Assembly (NCBI GenBank): GCA_002269645.1
Contig: NIVC01000838.1
Location: forward strand, 62,001-126,000
DNA: 64,000 bases
Reading direction: 5' to 3'
DNA from: Macrostomum lignano
Taxonomy: Eukaryota
The notes under the pieces are model-generated. The model made no database searches and had not been told where the DNA came from. It saw only the letters and a program-made list of their open reading frames with translations. A program made the translations under genes and the position numbers. This document shows positions 37,701-50,469 of the stretch, in pieces; within the stretch, counting starts at the first letter, position 1, and each line of letters begins with the position of its first letter.

Positions 37701-38468
37701 CAAAGTCGTCAACTGTCACTCCATAGAGTCACACCAAAATGTCACTCCATAGAGTCACACCAAAATGTCACTCCATAGAGTCACACCAAAATGTCACTCC
37801 ATAGAGTCACACCAAAATGTCACTCCATAGAGTCACACCAAAATGTCACTCCATAGAGTCACACCAAAATGTCACTCCATAGAGTCGCACCAAAATGTCA
37901 CTCCATAGAGTCACACCAAAATGTCACTCCATAGAGTCACACCAAAATGTCACTCCATAGAGTCACACCAAAGTGTCACTCAATAGATTCACACCAAAAT
38001 GTCACTCCATAGAGTCACACCAAAGTGTCACTCCATAGAGTCACACCAAAATGTCACTCCATAGAGTCACACCAAAATGTCACTCCATAGAGTCACACCA
38101 AAATGTCACTCCATAGAGTCACACCAAAATGTCACTCCATAGAGTCACACCAAAATGTCACTCCATAGAGTCACACCAAAATGTCACTCCATAGAGTCAC
38201 ACCAAAATGTCACTCCATAGAGTCACACCAAAATGTCACTCCATACAGTCACACCACAACATTATTAAACGCATTTCTCTGCCAATGACTCCGCAGCGAC
38301 CGTCTCCGCACTTCCATCAACGTCTGGGGCGACTGCGTCGGCGCCGGCGTGGTGGAGGCGCTGTCCCGCAAGGACCTCGAGGAGGTCGCCGAGGAGGACA
38401 ACAACGGCTTCTGCATGGAGCAGGCGGCCGAGGAGGGCAAGCCGGGCAGGTACATCACGGAGTTCTGA
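34763..38468 (+). CDS. SLC1A (EAAT): Excitatory amino acid (glutamate/aspartate) transporter, SLC1/EAAT family, 5 exons, about 548 aa
   Basis: Exons 34763-35268, 35680-36084, 36939-37233, 37412-37680 and 38297-38468 are GT-AG and phase-compatible (1647 nt). Hallmarks: [34 protein letters not shown] (HP1), [16 protein letters not shown] (TM7), GAAGVPEAG (HP2), [16 protein letters not shown] (TM8). The TM8 Arg and the TM7 Glu are EAAT-type, not ASCT-type. Confidence 0.97.
35275..35665. repeat. (CTCA)n / (CTCATGAA)n array filling EAAT intron 1
   Basis: Direct reading. Confidence 0.95.
36093..36930. repeat. 15-bp (CCTGTCCCTGATAAT)n array, about 56 copies, making up almost all of EAAT intron 2
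   Basis: The intron is 36085-36938; only about 10 nt at each end lie outside the array. Confidence 0.97.
37712..38260. repeat. 26-bp array (gtcactccatagagtcacaccaaaat) filling EAAT intron 4
   Basis: Direct reading. Confidence 0.96.
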
Positions 38469-39011
38469 GGAGCCGGGCGGATGGTTGCCAGACTGGACTC
38501 ATGGGGGTGGGATAGGATGGCGGATCTGGGAGTAGAATTACGGGATCTTCTGGGTAGAGAGTGGCAGATCTAAGAGGTAAAATGGCGGATTTTAATGGTA
38601 TAATGGCGGATCTAGAAGAATAATGGCACCAAGAAGTGATTATCACACTATTTATGCGAATTAAAACAATATTTAAAATCACTACACACGAAACTGTGTA
38701 CAACCCGTGTGCTTATGTGCATGCTGTTAAGGTTTGTGATATATCTGTTTAAACCATAAATTCCTCAATAGCCATTGCTCACCGGATTTGTAAGAATATT
38801 ATTTTCCGATATTATAATCCATGGAATTCGACCCTAATCCTGCACACTTGCATCCCAAATACAAGTAGAAATTCGAGTAGTTATCGTTCAATATTTTTGT
38901 GTATCAGAAATAACACCATCTTCAAGCTCCATATTTTCTAATTGATCTCGAATGTCAAAATATTGGATATGAAAACTCTTGGACAAAAATATTTTTGTTT
39001 TCTAATAAATC

Positions 39012-41445
39012 ACTCTGCCACTCTGCCACTCTGCCACTCTGCCACTTTGCCACTCTGCCACTCTGCCACTCACTGCCACTCTGCCACTCTGCCACTCACT
39101 GCCACTCTGCGATTCTGCCACTCTGCCATTCTGCCACTCTGCCATTCTGCCACTCTGCCACTCTGCCACTCTGCCACTCTGCCACTATGCCACTCTGCCA
39201 CTCTGCCACTCTGCCACTCTGCCACTCTGCCACTTTGCCACTCTGCCACTCTGCCACTCACTGCCACTCTGCCACTCTGCCACTCACTGCCACTCTGCCA
39301 CTCTGCCACTCACTGCCACTCTGCGATTCTGCCACTCTGCCATTCTGCCACTCTGCCATTCTGCCACTCTGCCACTCTGCCACTCTGCCACTCTGCCACT
39401 CTGCCACTCTGCCACTCTGCCACTCTGCCACTCTGCCACTCTGTCACTCACTGCCACTCTGCCACTCTGTCACTCACTGCCACTCTGCCACTCTGCCACT
39501 CTGTCACTCACTGCCACTCTGCCGCTCTGTCACTCACTGCCACTCTGCCACTCTGTCACTCACTGCCACTCTGCCACTCTGCCACTCTGTCACTCTGCCA
39601 CTCTGCCACTCTGCCACTCTGCCACTCTGTCACTCACTGCCACTCTGCCACTCTGTCACTCTGTCACTCTGCCACTCTGCCACTCTGTCACTCACTGCCA
39701 CTCTGCCACTCTGCCACTCTGCCACTCTGCCACTCTGTCACTCACTGCCACTCTGCCACTCTGTCACTCACTGCCACTCTGCCACTCTGCCACTCTGTCA
39801 CTCACTGCCACTCTGCCACTCTGTCACTCACTGCCACTCTGCCACTCTGCCACTCTGTCACTCACTGCCACTCTGCCACTCTGTCACTCACTGCCACTCT
39901 GCCACTCTGTCACTCACTGCCACTCTGCCACTCTGCCACTCTGTCACTCTGCCACTCTGCCACTCTGCCACTCTGCCACTCTGTCACTCTGTCACTCTGC
40001 CACTCTGCCACTCTGTCACTCTGCCACTCTGCCACTCTGTCACTCACTGCCACTCTGCCACTCTGCCACTCTGCCACTCTGCCACTCTGTCACTCACTGC
40101 CACTCTGCCACTCTGTCACTCACTGCCACTCTGCCACTCTGCCACTCTGTCACTCACTGCCACTCTGCCACTCTGTCACTCACTGCCACTCTGCCACTCT
40201 GCCACTCTGTCACTCTGCCACTCTGCCACTCTGCCACTCTGCCACTCTGTCACTCACTGCCAGTCTGCCACTCTGTCACTCTGTCACTCTGCCACTCTGC
40301 CACTCTGTCACTCACTGCCACTCTGCCACTCTGTCACTCACTGCCACTCTGCCACTCTGTCACTCACTGCCACTCTGCCACTCTGCCACTCTGTCACTCT
40401 GCCACTCTGCCACTCTGCCACTCTGCCACTCTGTCACCCACTGCCACTCTGCCACTCTGTCACTCTGTCACTCTGCCACTCTGCCACTCTGTCACTCACT
40501 GCCACTCTGCCACTCTGTCACTCACTGCCACTCTGCCACTCTGTCACTCACTGCCACTCTGCCACTCTGTCACTCTGCCACTCTGCCACTCTGCCACTCT
40601 GCCACTCTGTCACTCACTGCCACTCTGCCACTCTGTCACTCTGTCTCTCTGCCACTCTGCCACTCTGCCACTCTGCCACTCTGTCACTCACTGCCACTCT
40701 GCCACTCTGTCACTCACTGCCACTCTGCCACTCTGTCACTCACTGCCACTCTGCCACTCTGTCACTCACTGCCACTCTGCCACTCTGCCACTCTGCCACT
40801 CTGCCACTCTGCCACTCTGCCACTCTGCCACTCTGCCACTCTGCCACTCTTTCACTCTTTCACTCTGCCACTCTGTCACTCTGCCACTCTGCCACTCTGC
40901 CACTCTGCCACTCTGCCACTCACTGCCTCTCTGCCACTCTGCCACTCTGTCACTCTGCCACTCTGTCACTCTGCCACTCTGCCACTCTGCCTCTCTGCCA
41001 CTCTGCCACTCTGTCACTCTGCCACTCTTTCACTCTGCCACTCTGTCACTCACTGCCACTCTGCCACTCTGCCACTCTGCCACTCTGTCACTCACTGCCA
41101 CTCTGCCACTCTGTCACTCTGCCACTCTGCCACTCTGCCACTCTGTCACTCACTGCCACTCTGCCACTCTGCCACTCTGCCACTCTGTCACTCTGCCACT
41201 CTGCCACTCTGCCACTCTGCCACTCTGCCACTCTGCAATTCCATCAATCTACCAATCTACCAGTCTACCAATCTACCAATCTATTAATCTACCAATCTAC
41301 CAATCTACCAATCTACCAATCTACCAATCTACCAATCTACCAATCTACCGATCTACCAATCTACCAATCTACCAATCTACCAATCTACCAATCTACCAGT
41401 CTACCAATATGTTACTGTACTAATCTACTAATCTACCAATCTACC
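39012..41445. repeat. Large 8-bp (CTCTGCCA)n array followed by (ATCTACCA)n
   Basis: Direct reading. Source of the spurious HSATLPLC ORFs. Confidence 0.97.
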
Positions 41446-42049
41446 GCTCTGCATTTCCTTGCACTCATTACAGTCTAATTGCACACCTGTAGCCTAGCCA
41501 GACAGCGCTTTATAGCATGCTAATTGCGCATTATTTTCAGTTCGCACTCTCAGTGCATTTCAAGCCTGTCCGTTTCAACAGTGCCACAGGCGGCAGCAGT
41601 AAAATTAACATGCCCGCATAAACATGCTGTTTCGGGTGCGAAATCCTTAATTTGAGCATGCGCTTCATTAATTCAAAACGAAAAACACAAAAATTTCATG
41701 CGAACGTCACGTAAATTGCAAATGTGAATATGTGAATATATTTGCACTAAGTGCTCTACTAGCAGTAAGGAAGTGACAATTTTAGAGACTTACAATAATA
41801 TCATTGCAATATAAACATAATTTATTACAAAAAACACATTAGCGAAATAGAGACTTCTCACTTCAAAGCAAAGTCTTTTGCTTTTATAAAGCCTTTTAGA
41901 AATCAGCGAAGCCATACAGCAGGCGGCCAAGTCAGGTAAGCCTTTGAATGCTCACCTGACACCGGGACCAGTTTGATGATTTGCAAAGTCGGAGGTTGTA
42001 CGTGTAACACCCTAACACCCTCCATGAGTATGACCCAGTACACAACACC

Positions 42050-44240
42050 CATAAAAACCCTGCAAGCGTAACACCCTCCATGCATAACACCCTCCATGCA
42101 TAACACCCTCCATGCATAACACCCTCTATGCATAACACCCTCCATGCATAACACCCTCCATGCATAAATCCTCTATCCATAACACCCTCCATGAATAACA
42201 CCCTCTATGCATAACACCCTCCATGCATAACACCCTCCATGAATAATACCCTCCATGCATAACACCCTCCATGCATAACACCCTCCATGAATAACACCCT
42301 CCATACATAACACCCTCCATGAATAACACCCTCCATGAATAACACCCTCCATGCATAACACCCTCCATGCATAACACCCTCCATGAATAACACCCTGTAT
42401 GCATAACACCCTCCATGCATAACACCCTCCATGAATAACACCCTGTATGCATAACACCCTCCATGCATAACACCCTCCATGAATAACACCCTCCATGCAT
42501 AACACCCTCCATGCATAACACCCTCCATGCATAACACCCTCCATGAATAACACCCTGTATGCATAACACCCTCCATGCATAACACCCTCCATGCATAACA
42601 CCCTCCATGCATAACAGCCTCCATACATAACACCCTCCATGCATAACACCCTCCGTGCATAACACCCTCCATGCATAACACCCTCCATGCATAACACCCT
42701 CCATGCATAACACCCTCCATGAATAACACCCTGTATGCATAACACCCTCCATGCATAACACCCTCCATGAATAACACCCTGTATGCATAACACCCTCCAT
42801 GCATAACACCCTCCATGAATAACACCCTCCATGCATAACACCCTCCATGAATAACACCCTCCATGTATAACACCCTCCATGCATAACACCCTCCATGAAT
42901 AACACCCTCCATGAATAACACCCTCCATGCATAACACTCTCCATGCATAACACCCTCCATGCATAACACCCTCCATGCATAACACCCTCCATGCATAACA
43001 CCCTCCATGCATAACACCCTCCATGCATAACACCCTCCATGCATAACACCCTCCATGCATAACACCCTCCATAAATAACACCCTCTAAAAACGTGCAGAT
43101 TCACAAAGCCCCTGCTCAGAAAGAGGGATAGTGCAATTACTGAAATTGAAAACAAGATTATTAAACGGGGGACAACGCTTTACAAAGGCATCATCAGGTT
43201 TTCAACATCCCTTCCACCCCAACTCCTCCTCAAGATGAGCGTTCAGCCGATTAAACAAAATTCGAATTGAGATGGAAATTAAAATGCAAAGCAGTGATGC
43301 ACGGGATCGGTGACTGCAGATGCAGGTTGCCGCACCCTAAAGACAAGCCCCAGTCTCCCTGAGGGCGTTCTATTGATGAATGGAGTGCATCAACACCTGA
43401 CGGACGAACAGCTATTAGACAAAAAGAAAAGAAAGAACCTTTCTTCTGTCTGTCCACACCTGCGACTTTCAAATCTGCGCGATAAATATGGGCCTATTTT
43501 TGAGCAGGCCTTTCTTGCAGATTTGTTTCGCCACGATTTCCTGATGTTTTTCTGTTATCGCGTTGGCAATTTCCGTGGGCGATAATAGACTGGGGAAGAA
43601 GCTTGGGACATTTCCAGAAAAGAGGGACATACACAAATTCTGGAAATTGAAAGCTGCAAAACATTTTTCCTTGGAATGTCACCGAGGACTAAAAAGGGGA
43701 CACTCGGTTTCTTGGCAAATTGAAAGGAGAGGCTCTTTCACTAGGGTCTCACCATTGTTCAGAGGGTGTTATGCATGGAGGGTGTTATGCATGGAGGGTG
43801 TTATGCATGGAGGGTGTTATGCATGGAGGGTGTTATGCATGGAGGGTGTTATGCATGGAGGGTGTTATGCATGGAGGGCGTTATGCATGGAGGGTGTTAT
43901 GCATGGAGGGTGTTATGCATAGAGGGTGTTATGCATGGAGGGTGTTATGCATAGAGGGTGTTATGCATGGAGGGTGTTATGCATGGAGGGTGTTATGCAT
44001 GGAGGGTGTTATGTATGGAGGGTGTTATGCATGGAGGGTGTTATGCATGGAGGCTGTTATGCATGGAGGGTGTTATGCATGGAGGGTGTTATGCATGGAG
44101 GGTGTTATGCATGGAGGGTGTTATGCACGGAGGGTGTTATGCATGGAGGGTGTTATGTATGGAGGCTGTTATGCATGGAGGGTGTTATGCATGGAGGCTG
44201 TTATGCATGGAGGCTGTTACGCATGGAGGCTGTTATGCAC
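42050..44240. mobile_element. Foldback-like structure: inverted 16-bp minisatellite arms around a unique core of about 670 bp
   Basis: The left arm (42050-43087) is (cataacaccctccatg)n and the right arm (43758-44240) is its reverse complement. The geometry is certain; mobility is inferred, and no target-site duplication or transposase was identified. Confidence 0.45.
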
Positions 44241-44512
44241 TGACAGTAGCTGTTATGCACTGACAGTAGCTGTTATGCACTGACAGTAGCTGGTATGCTG
44301 CTCTCATGCAGAGACCCAGATTTGCACACGATGCATCAGAAGCTTTAATTTTCAGACAGTGTATTTGCAAAGTTAGCTAATATTGCTCGAGGGCTGGACA
44401 AGTCAGCCTCACAGCGTCACTCAGAGGTGTTTCACGCATGCATGTACTTTTGATTCTTTTTGTCATCAATCTCCGAACTCTGTCACGAGCGTCTCGCCGG
44501 GCAGCTCAATGC

Positions 44513-45787
44513 TCAGTTGGCCGTCTCAGCCTCGACTGGAGCTCCGCCTTCGGCGCCTTCAGAGAACTGCGAAGTCACCCCGGCGGTGACCTGGTTGGCG
44601 CTGGTCAGCTGGAACATCGCCAGGGACTCCGGCTGGTCCTGACCGGCCCGGAGCTGCAGGTGCTGCCTGCGCCGACTCTGGCGTTGCTGGTGTCGGCTGA
44701 GACGGCGCTGCCGCTGCTGGATTTCGCGGTCAGCAACGGCGGCGTCCAGGGCGAGGTGCTCGCCGTCGGCAGACTCAACCCAATGGCAGCAGCGGCAGCA
44801 GCGGCGGCCCAACAAGAGGGCCCGGAAGTGCCGGCTGTAGCGGGCCAGCACCAGGAAGGTCAGGCAGGAGTCGGCCGGCACCAGCACGAGGCTCCAGTGG
44901 CTGACGGATTCCAGCAGGACGACCACCGACAGCGCGCGATCGGCCGAGGCGTCGGCGAGGCTCAGCAGGTAGGCGGCGGTGGCGGCGTAGACGGCAGCCA
45001 GCGGGAACTGGCAGGCCACGAAGGCGGCGCACAGCAGCGCCACGGCCTTGGTGATGCGCCGGGTGGCTGGGTGCAGCAGCCGGCCGGCACGCAGGATGCA
45101 GACGGTCTTGACGGTGATGCCGGTGACGGCCAGGCCAGGCAGAAGGACGCCGACAGCGGAGAACACCGAGTACTTCAACAGCAGGCTGCGGGCGCCGCGC
45201 TGGAACTCCGTCCAGTTGAAGGCCTGCTCGGACATGAACATTCCCATCGCCGACGAGTTCCAGACGGTCCCGGCGCCGTCTGGCGCCGAATCGGCGCCGT
45301 CCATCTCGTCGCCAGAGTCGGTCTTCTCGAAGCCGACGGCGACGGCAAACAGTGTGACGATTGAGACGATGACCAGGCTGGCCAGCAACGCCAGCTGGCG
45401 CGCCCGGCCGAACCGGCCCCGGCCGGAAGCTGCCGCGGTGGCAGCGGCCGCCGCGTTGCCTCGCGGACGGACCAGCGCCGCCAGGCGGATGGCGCTGAGC
45501 GCCACCAGCCAGTGATTACGCGCCATCTGCAGCGCATGAGCCGAGTTCAGCAGCAGCATCGAGGCGGCAGCCCCGACGCCCCGGAGTTCCCAGGCGTGGC
45601 TCAGCATGGCGCCAGCCAGCATCAGGCTGAGCGCCACCTCCAGGCAGCTCAGGCTCAGCATGCCGGAGGTTCGCTGGCGGGGCCGCAACCTGAACAGGGC
45701 GCGCAGCAGAATCGAATTGAGCAGCGCCGACAGTAGCGCCAGACCAGCTGTCAGGCACAGCGTCACTGAAATTTTGGACTGGGCCAT
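44513..45787 (-). CDS. Orphan class A (rhodopsin-like) GPCR, about 424 aa, apparently single coding exon
   Basis: Seven hydrophobic segments. TM1 has the Asn (LLNSILL); TM3 ends LSAIRLAALVRP (DRY/ERY-like); TM6 has CAAFVACQFP (CWxP-like); TM7 reads ADSCLTFLVLARYSRHFR. The ORF-track extension 45788-46228 is only (ACAG)n repeat. Confidence 0.72.
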   Translation of the reverse strand: MAQSKISVTLCLTAGLALLSALLNSILLRALFRLRPRQRTSGMLSLSCLEVALSLMLAGAMLSHAWELRGVGAAASMLLLNSAHALQMARNHWLVALSAIRLAALVRPRGNAAAAATAAASGRGRFGRARQLALLASLVIVSIVTLFAVAVGFEKTDSGDEMDGADSAPDGAGTVWNSSAMGMFMSEQAFNWTEFQRGARSLLLKYSVFSAVGVLLPGLAVTGITVKTVCILRAGRLLHPATRRITKAVALLCAAFVACQFPLAAVYAATAAYLLSLADASADRALSVVVLLESVSHWSLVLVPADSCLTFLVLARYSRHFRALLLGRRCCRCCHWVESADGEHLALDAAVADREIQQRQRRLSRHQQRQSRRRQHLQLRAGQDQPESLAMFQLTSANQVTAGVTSQFSEGAEGGAPVEAETAN

Positions 45788-45804
45788 TGCGGATACCCGT
45801 GTGC

Positions 45805-46223
<419 letters not shown>

Positions 46224-46654
46224 ATCACCTGTCTGAGTGTCCGTCTCAGTGTCTAGCTGAACAGACAGCAGTCTTATATATGAAACTCAGACAGAAATCA
46301 AGTTCTGCCTTTTGCCTGGGCTGGGGGTCGCCGGGCCAATGGCGCTAGCAGCTGAGGGCTGAGTTCGCGCGCCATCCCTGCCGTCTCTTCTAGCCGAAGT
46401 TAGCTGCTTGCTCACGAATTCGGCCGAATTCCAACTCATATCGTGCTCACGGCATTCCCAGCGGCCTTCCCTTTAGCAAAAAATGTTTTGCTTCGTCATG
46501 AAATTTTCTGTCCTTACACAGTGAGTGTCAGTCCGTTTTTACGAGTATACTCGTATGCCACTATTTTTTAGCATTCTCATCTTATCTCTGACTTTTACAC
46601 CCGAATAACCTCTTCCGTTTTTACCAGATCGATTCCATCCCGGAGTAATCCTAG

Positions 46655-47520
46655 CTCGCAGATCCCATCTCTAAATAATCTCGGATCCCATCTCTCAATA
46701 ATCTCGGATTCCCATATCTCTAAATAATCTCGGATCCCATCTCTCAATAATCTCGGATTCCCATATCTCTAAATAATCTCAGATCCCATCTCTAAATAAT
46801 CTCAGATCCCATCTCTAAATAATCTCGGATCCTATCTCTAAATAATCTCGGATCCCATCTCTCAATAATCTCGGATCCTATCTCTTGATAATCTCGGATC
46901 CTATCTCTCACTAATCTCAGATCCTATCTCTCAATAATCTCGGATCCTATCTCTAAATAATCTCGGATCCCATCTCTCAATAATCTCGGATCCTATCTCT
47001 CAATAATCTCGGATCCTATCTCTCAATAATCTCGGATCCTATCTCTAAATAATCTCGGATCCCATCTCTCAATAATCTCGGATCCTATCTCTCAATAATC
47101 TCGGATCCTATCTCTCAATAATCTCGGATCCTATCTCTAAATAATCTCGGATCCCATCTCTCAATAATCTCGGATCCTATCTCTCAATAATCTCGGATCC
47201 TATCTCTCAATAATCTCGGATCCTATCTCTCACTAATCTCAGATCCTATCTCTCAATAATCTCGGATCCTATCTCTAAATAATCTCGGATCCCATCTCTC
47301 AATAATCTCGGATCCTATCTCTCAATAATCTCGGATCCTATCTCTCAATAATCTCGGATCCTATCTCTAAATAATCTCGGATCCCATCTCTCAATAATCT
47401 CGGATCCCATCTCTCAATAATCTCAGATCCCATCTCTCAATAATCTCGGATCCTATCTCTTAATAATCTCAGATCCCATCTCTCAATAAGCTCAGATCTC
47501 ATCTCTAAATAATCCTATCT
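46655..47520. repeat. 23-bp minisatellite (aataatctcggatcctatctctc)
   Basis: Direct reading. Confidence 0.95.
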
Positions 47521-48689
47521 CCCATAGATCCCATCTATAGCCAATCCCAGGTCCCTGTCCTAAAGAACTCAGATCCCACTTCCCAACTAGCCATCAGACT
47601 GGTTCAACTGGTTCATCAATTTACTAATTAACGAGTGGATTGAGATTCTGTGTTCTGTGATTGCGTTCTGTGTTAAGTATTCTGAGATTTAATCCTCATC
47701 TCAGGTAAGCCTCCCAACTTCACCTACTAATAATCCCATGCTCAATTCTGCAAAAGAGCGGATCACATCGGCAGAGGATTTTGGATATTTTTTATCTGCT
47801 TAGATCAAAGCAGGAGCAAATGCTGAATCCTTATTATGCAGTTTTTGCATTCAAATTCCTTATTTTGCTCCGAGTTAGCTCGTACAGACTGCAGTGCAAA
47901 TCGTCAGCAAATAATTATCAGAGCTGAGAACTGCTGATTAAAACCCTGATTAACTGAATACAGCAGATGCGCTTGCTGCAATCTGACTACCTCGCGTGCC
48001 GCGTGACTGCTTTGCTTCCCGGCGCATCACGACGCAGTCGCTCGGCTCTCGTAGATCAAAGTGGCGGGGACAACTGAAGACTTTCCTTGTCACGATTAAT
48101 TTTCCTCCTACACCGGAAAAATAGCAAGTTCTCAGCAGACAAACAAACGATAGCAGCTCAACTGACAAATCTCAGGCCAGAGAGAAGACAGACAGGCTTC
48201 TGTTGTAGTTTCGAATTTCGCCCGAGTCGCCAATAATATTTATCCAAACTTTGGCTGTTTATTTGGCAACTGTAGAGCTGTAAAATCACGGCGACAATAA
48301 AAAATGATGCCAGAATCGGCGAGTCTGCTCGAGCGGTTTTTTGAGCGCAATTGCAAGCTCAGTAAAACAGTAGAGATGATTGCTAAAACACTGCAAGACA
48401 GAATAGAAGATGAAGAAGATACTTCTATTTAAAATAACATAAGAAAATGTCTGAGAGCAAACTGTGCCAATTTCACCGAGTACACTACTTGGCAGTAGCC
48501 ACGATAGTCGAATGCAGAATCAGAATGATTTTGGTCAGCAATAAAAAGCATAAAAATAATTATAAATAATCTGTGTTACAACATCCGCGGACAAGCATTA
48601 GTAACTTGCCGATAAAATGCGATAAAGTTTTCAATAAAAAATTGATTCACAGCAGCAACTACTACACCTCAGTGATACATGAATGTTTA

Positions 48690-49571
48690 TCATTGCTGGA
48701 ATGCATAGCCGATAAATGAGGTCGGGGTTGATGGCTGCTGCTGCTGCTGCTGTTGGTAGGCAATTGCTGGCAAGAAGACTGACGAATGATGGTGCATTGG
48801 GTAGCAGGAGGGTGAGCAAGGACTCAATGGGAGCATGCTGAACATGGCTTGCGGATGCGGCGGAGGCGGCGGCAGGAACTGATGGTGCTGGGGCAGCTGG
48901 GAGGGCACGGGCGATTCGTGTGTGGTCCGCATGTGCAGCTGCTTGACCAGGGGTAGGTCTGGCAGCACAGCGCCGCATTGACAGGCAAACACTGGCGGCT
49001 GGGAGGCGGCAGCTTCGGCCGCGGCTGCGGCGGCGGCGGCTGCGGCTGCTGCGGCCGCGGTGTCTGGCGAGTCCAGAGTCGTGCGTCGTCGTTGCGTCTT
49101 CTGCTTTTGCTGTTGCGGCTGCGGCTGCGGCTGCAGTTGCTGCTGCTGCTGCAGTTGATGCACACGGCTCTGACGCCGCTTTGATCGCTGCCCAACCGAC
49201 AAGAGTTTAAGTTGGTCGAGCAGCTCTTCAGTCTCTTGAAGATCTGGCACTGGCGCAGGCGGTGGTTGCCTGTGACGCTGTGACTGCTGCTGCAGGGAAT
49301 CTGCCGGAGACTCGCTGGTCGGTATGATGGCGGTGGTGCTACCAGACTCTCTGTCCTTGACAATCTTCAGTCCCATTCTACGCACAGCCTCCGCCACAGG
49401 GTGCTCGGCAGTTTTATGCTCCATCAGCTGCTGGGCACAGCCAAACCAATGATCGCAGTTATAGCAGCGAACGAACGAGCTCCGTCGACGAGGTCGGGAC
49501 ACTTGCTGTTGCTGAGCCTGCTGAGCCTGCACGGGCGTTGAGGCGTACGGCGAGTTAGGAGTGGAGTCCAT
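48690..49571 (-). CDS. Gln/Ala/Pro-rich C2H2 zinc-finger protein, 293 aa
   Basis: One canonical finger, CYNCDHWFGCAQQLMEHKTAEH (C-x2-C-x3-F-x5-L-x2-H-x4-H), and a second atypical finger, CQCGAVLPDLPLVKQLHMRTTH. PolyQ and polyA tracts are present. Confidence 0.72.
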   Translation of the reverse strand: MDSTPNSPYASTPVQAQQAQQQQVSRPRRRSSFVRCYNCDHWFGCAQQLMEHKTAEHPVAEAVRRMGLKIVKDRESGSTTAIIPTSESPADSLQQQSQRHRQPPPAPVPDLQETEELLDQLKLLSVGQRSKRRQSRVHQLQQQQQLQPQPQPQQQKQKTQRRRTTLDSPDTAAAAAAAAAAAAAAEAAASQPPVFACQCGAVLPDLPLVKQLHMRTTHESPVPSQLPQHHQFLPPPPPHPQAMFSMLPLSPCSPSCYPMHHHSSVFLPAIAYQQQQQQQPSTPTSFIGYAFQQ

Positions 49572-50469
49572 CGTGAATCAAGTTTGCTATTGACTTGACG
49601 GTCTTCAAACACTATCCACTTTGATATCCATTGCAAAGCCTGCCTTATCTGCAGTCAGAGACCGGCACGCCGCGGAGTGGGGTGGGGGTTGAGGGTCGGG
49701 GGAGGGAGGGTCACCTGATTCCCATTGGCTGGCAGACAGTCCAGCGGTAGGGGTTGGTTTGCTTAGTGAAGGCGGGGGCGAGGAGGAATGGCGGGTGGGT
49801 TTATCGATCGGATTTTCTAACCAGTTTATGTGCAATACCCACAATAACTTAATTGCCTCTCTATTCAGTAGCCAGTAGAGAAAGCGACAGATATTTTAAA
49901 GTGTCTGAATAGCTAGCCAACAAAATTTTTCTTATCAGAACTAATGTACATTTCAAATAGTAAGACCCTTAATGTACACTGTACAGTTTCAAGGATAGGC
50001 TTGAATGCAGATAAACTAACCAATAGAAAATTGACGCTTATTTCATATGGAACTGAGAATGATACTACTGTCCTGAAGTAGAAAGTAAGAGTGCGTCTAG
50101 TGACGCGTCCAGATCATTATACTTAACAAATACAGGATCTACAAACAAAAATTTCTTTTGATAACTAATGTGCAGAAAAATCTGTATGCCGTTAATGTTG
50201 TATTTTCTTGTGACTGAAAAATGACGCATATCCGAAAAATATAGAACAGAATGTTGCAAACTAAAGCTTGAAGCCTTTGAGAACGAAAAAAACAAGAAAT
50301 GTCCATAATGGTACAGAAGGCTTCAAATGGCGACTTCTTCAGCAGAAAACAACCTAAAATGAGGAGGATGAGGGGTGGGTTACCACAAGTACTAGTCTTG
50401 TAATGAATTCCAGGTTCAAGAAATTCTGCTATCCACACGTTATGCGACACTTTTACACTTCTACCTACA

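Noticed and set aside
44438-45364. 308-aa plus-strand ORF antisense to the GPCR, and similar antisense ORFs over PELP1, TCHP and the mucin gene
   Set aside because: Shadow ORFs are expected from GC-rich codon usage; no motifs or independent signals.
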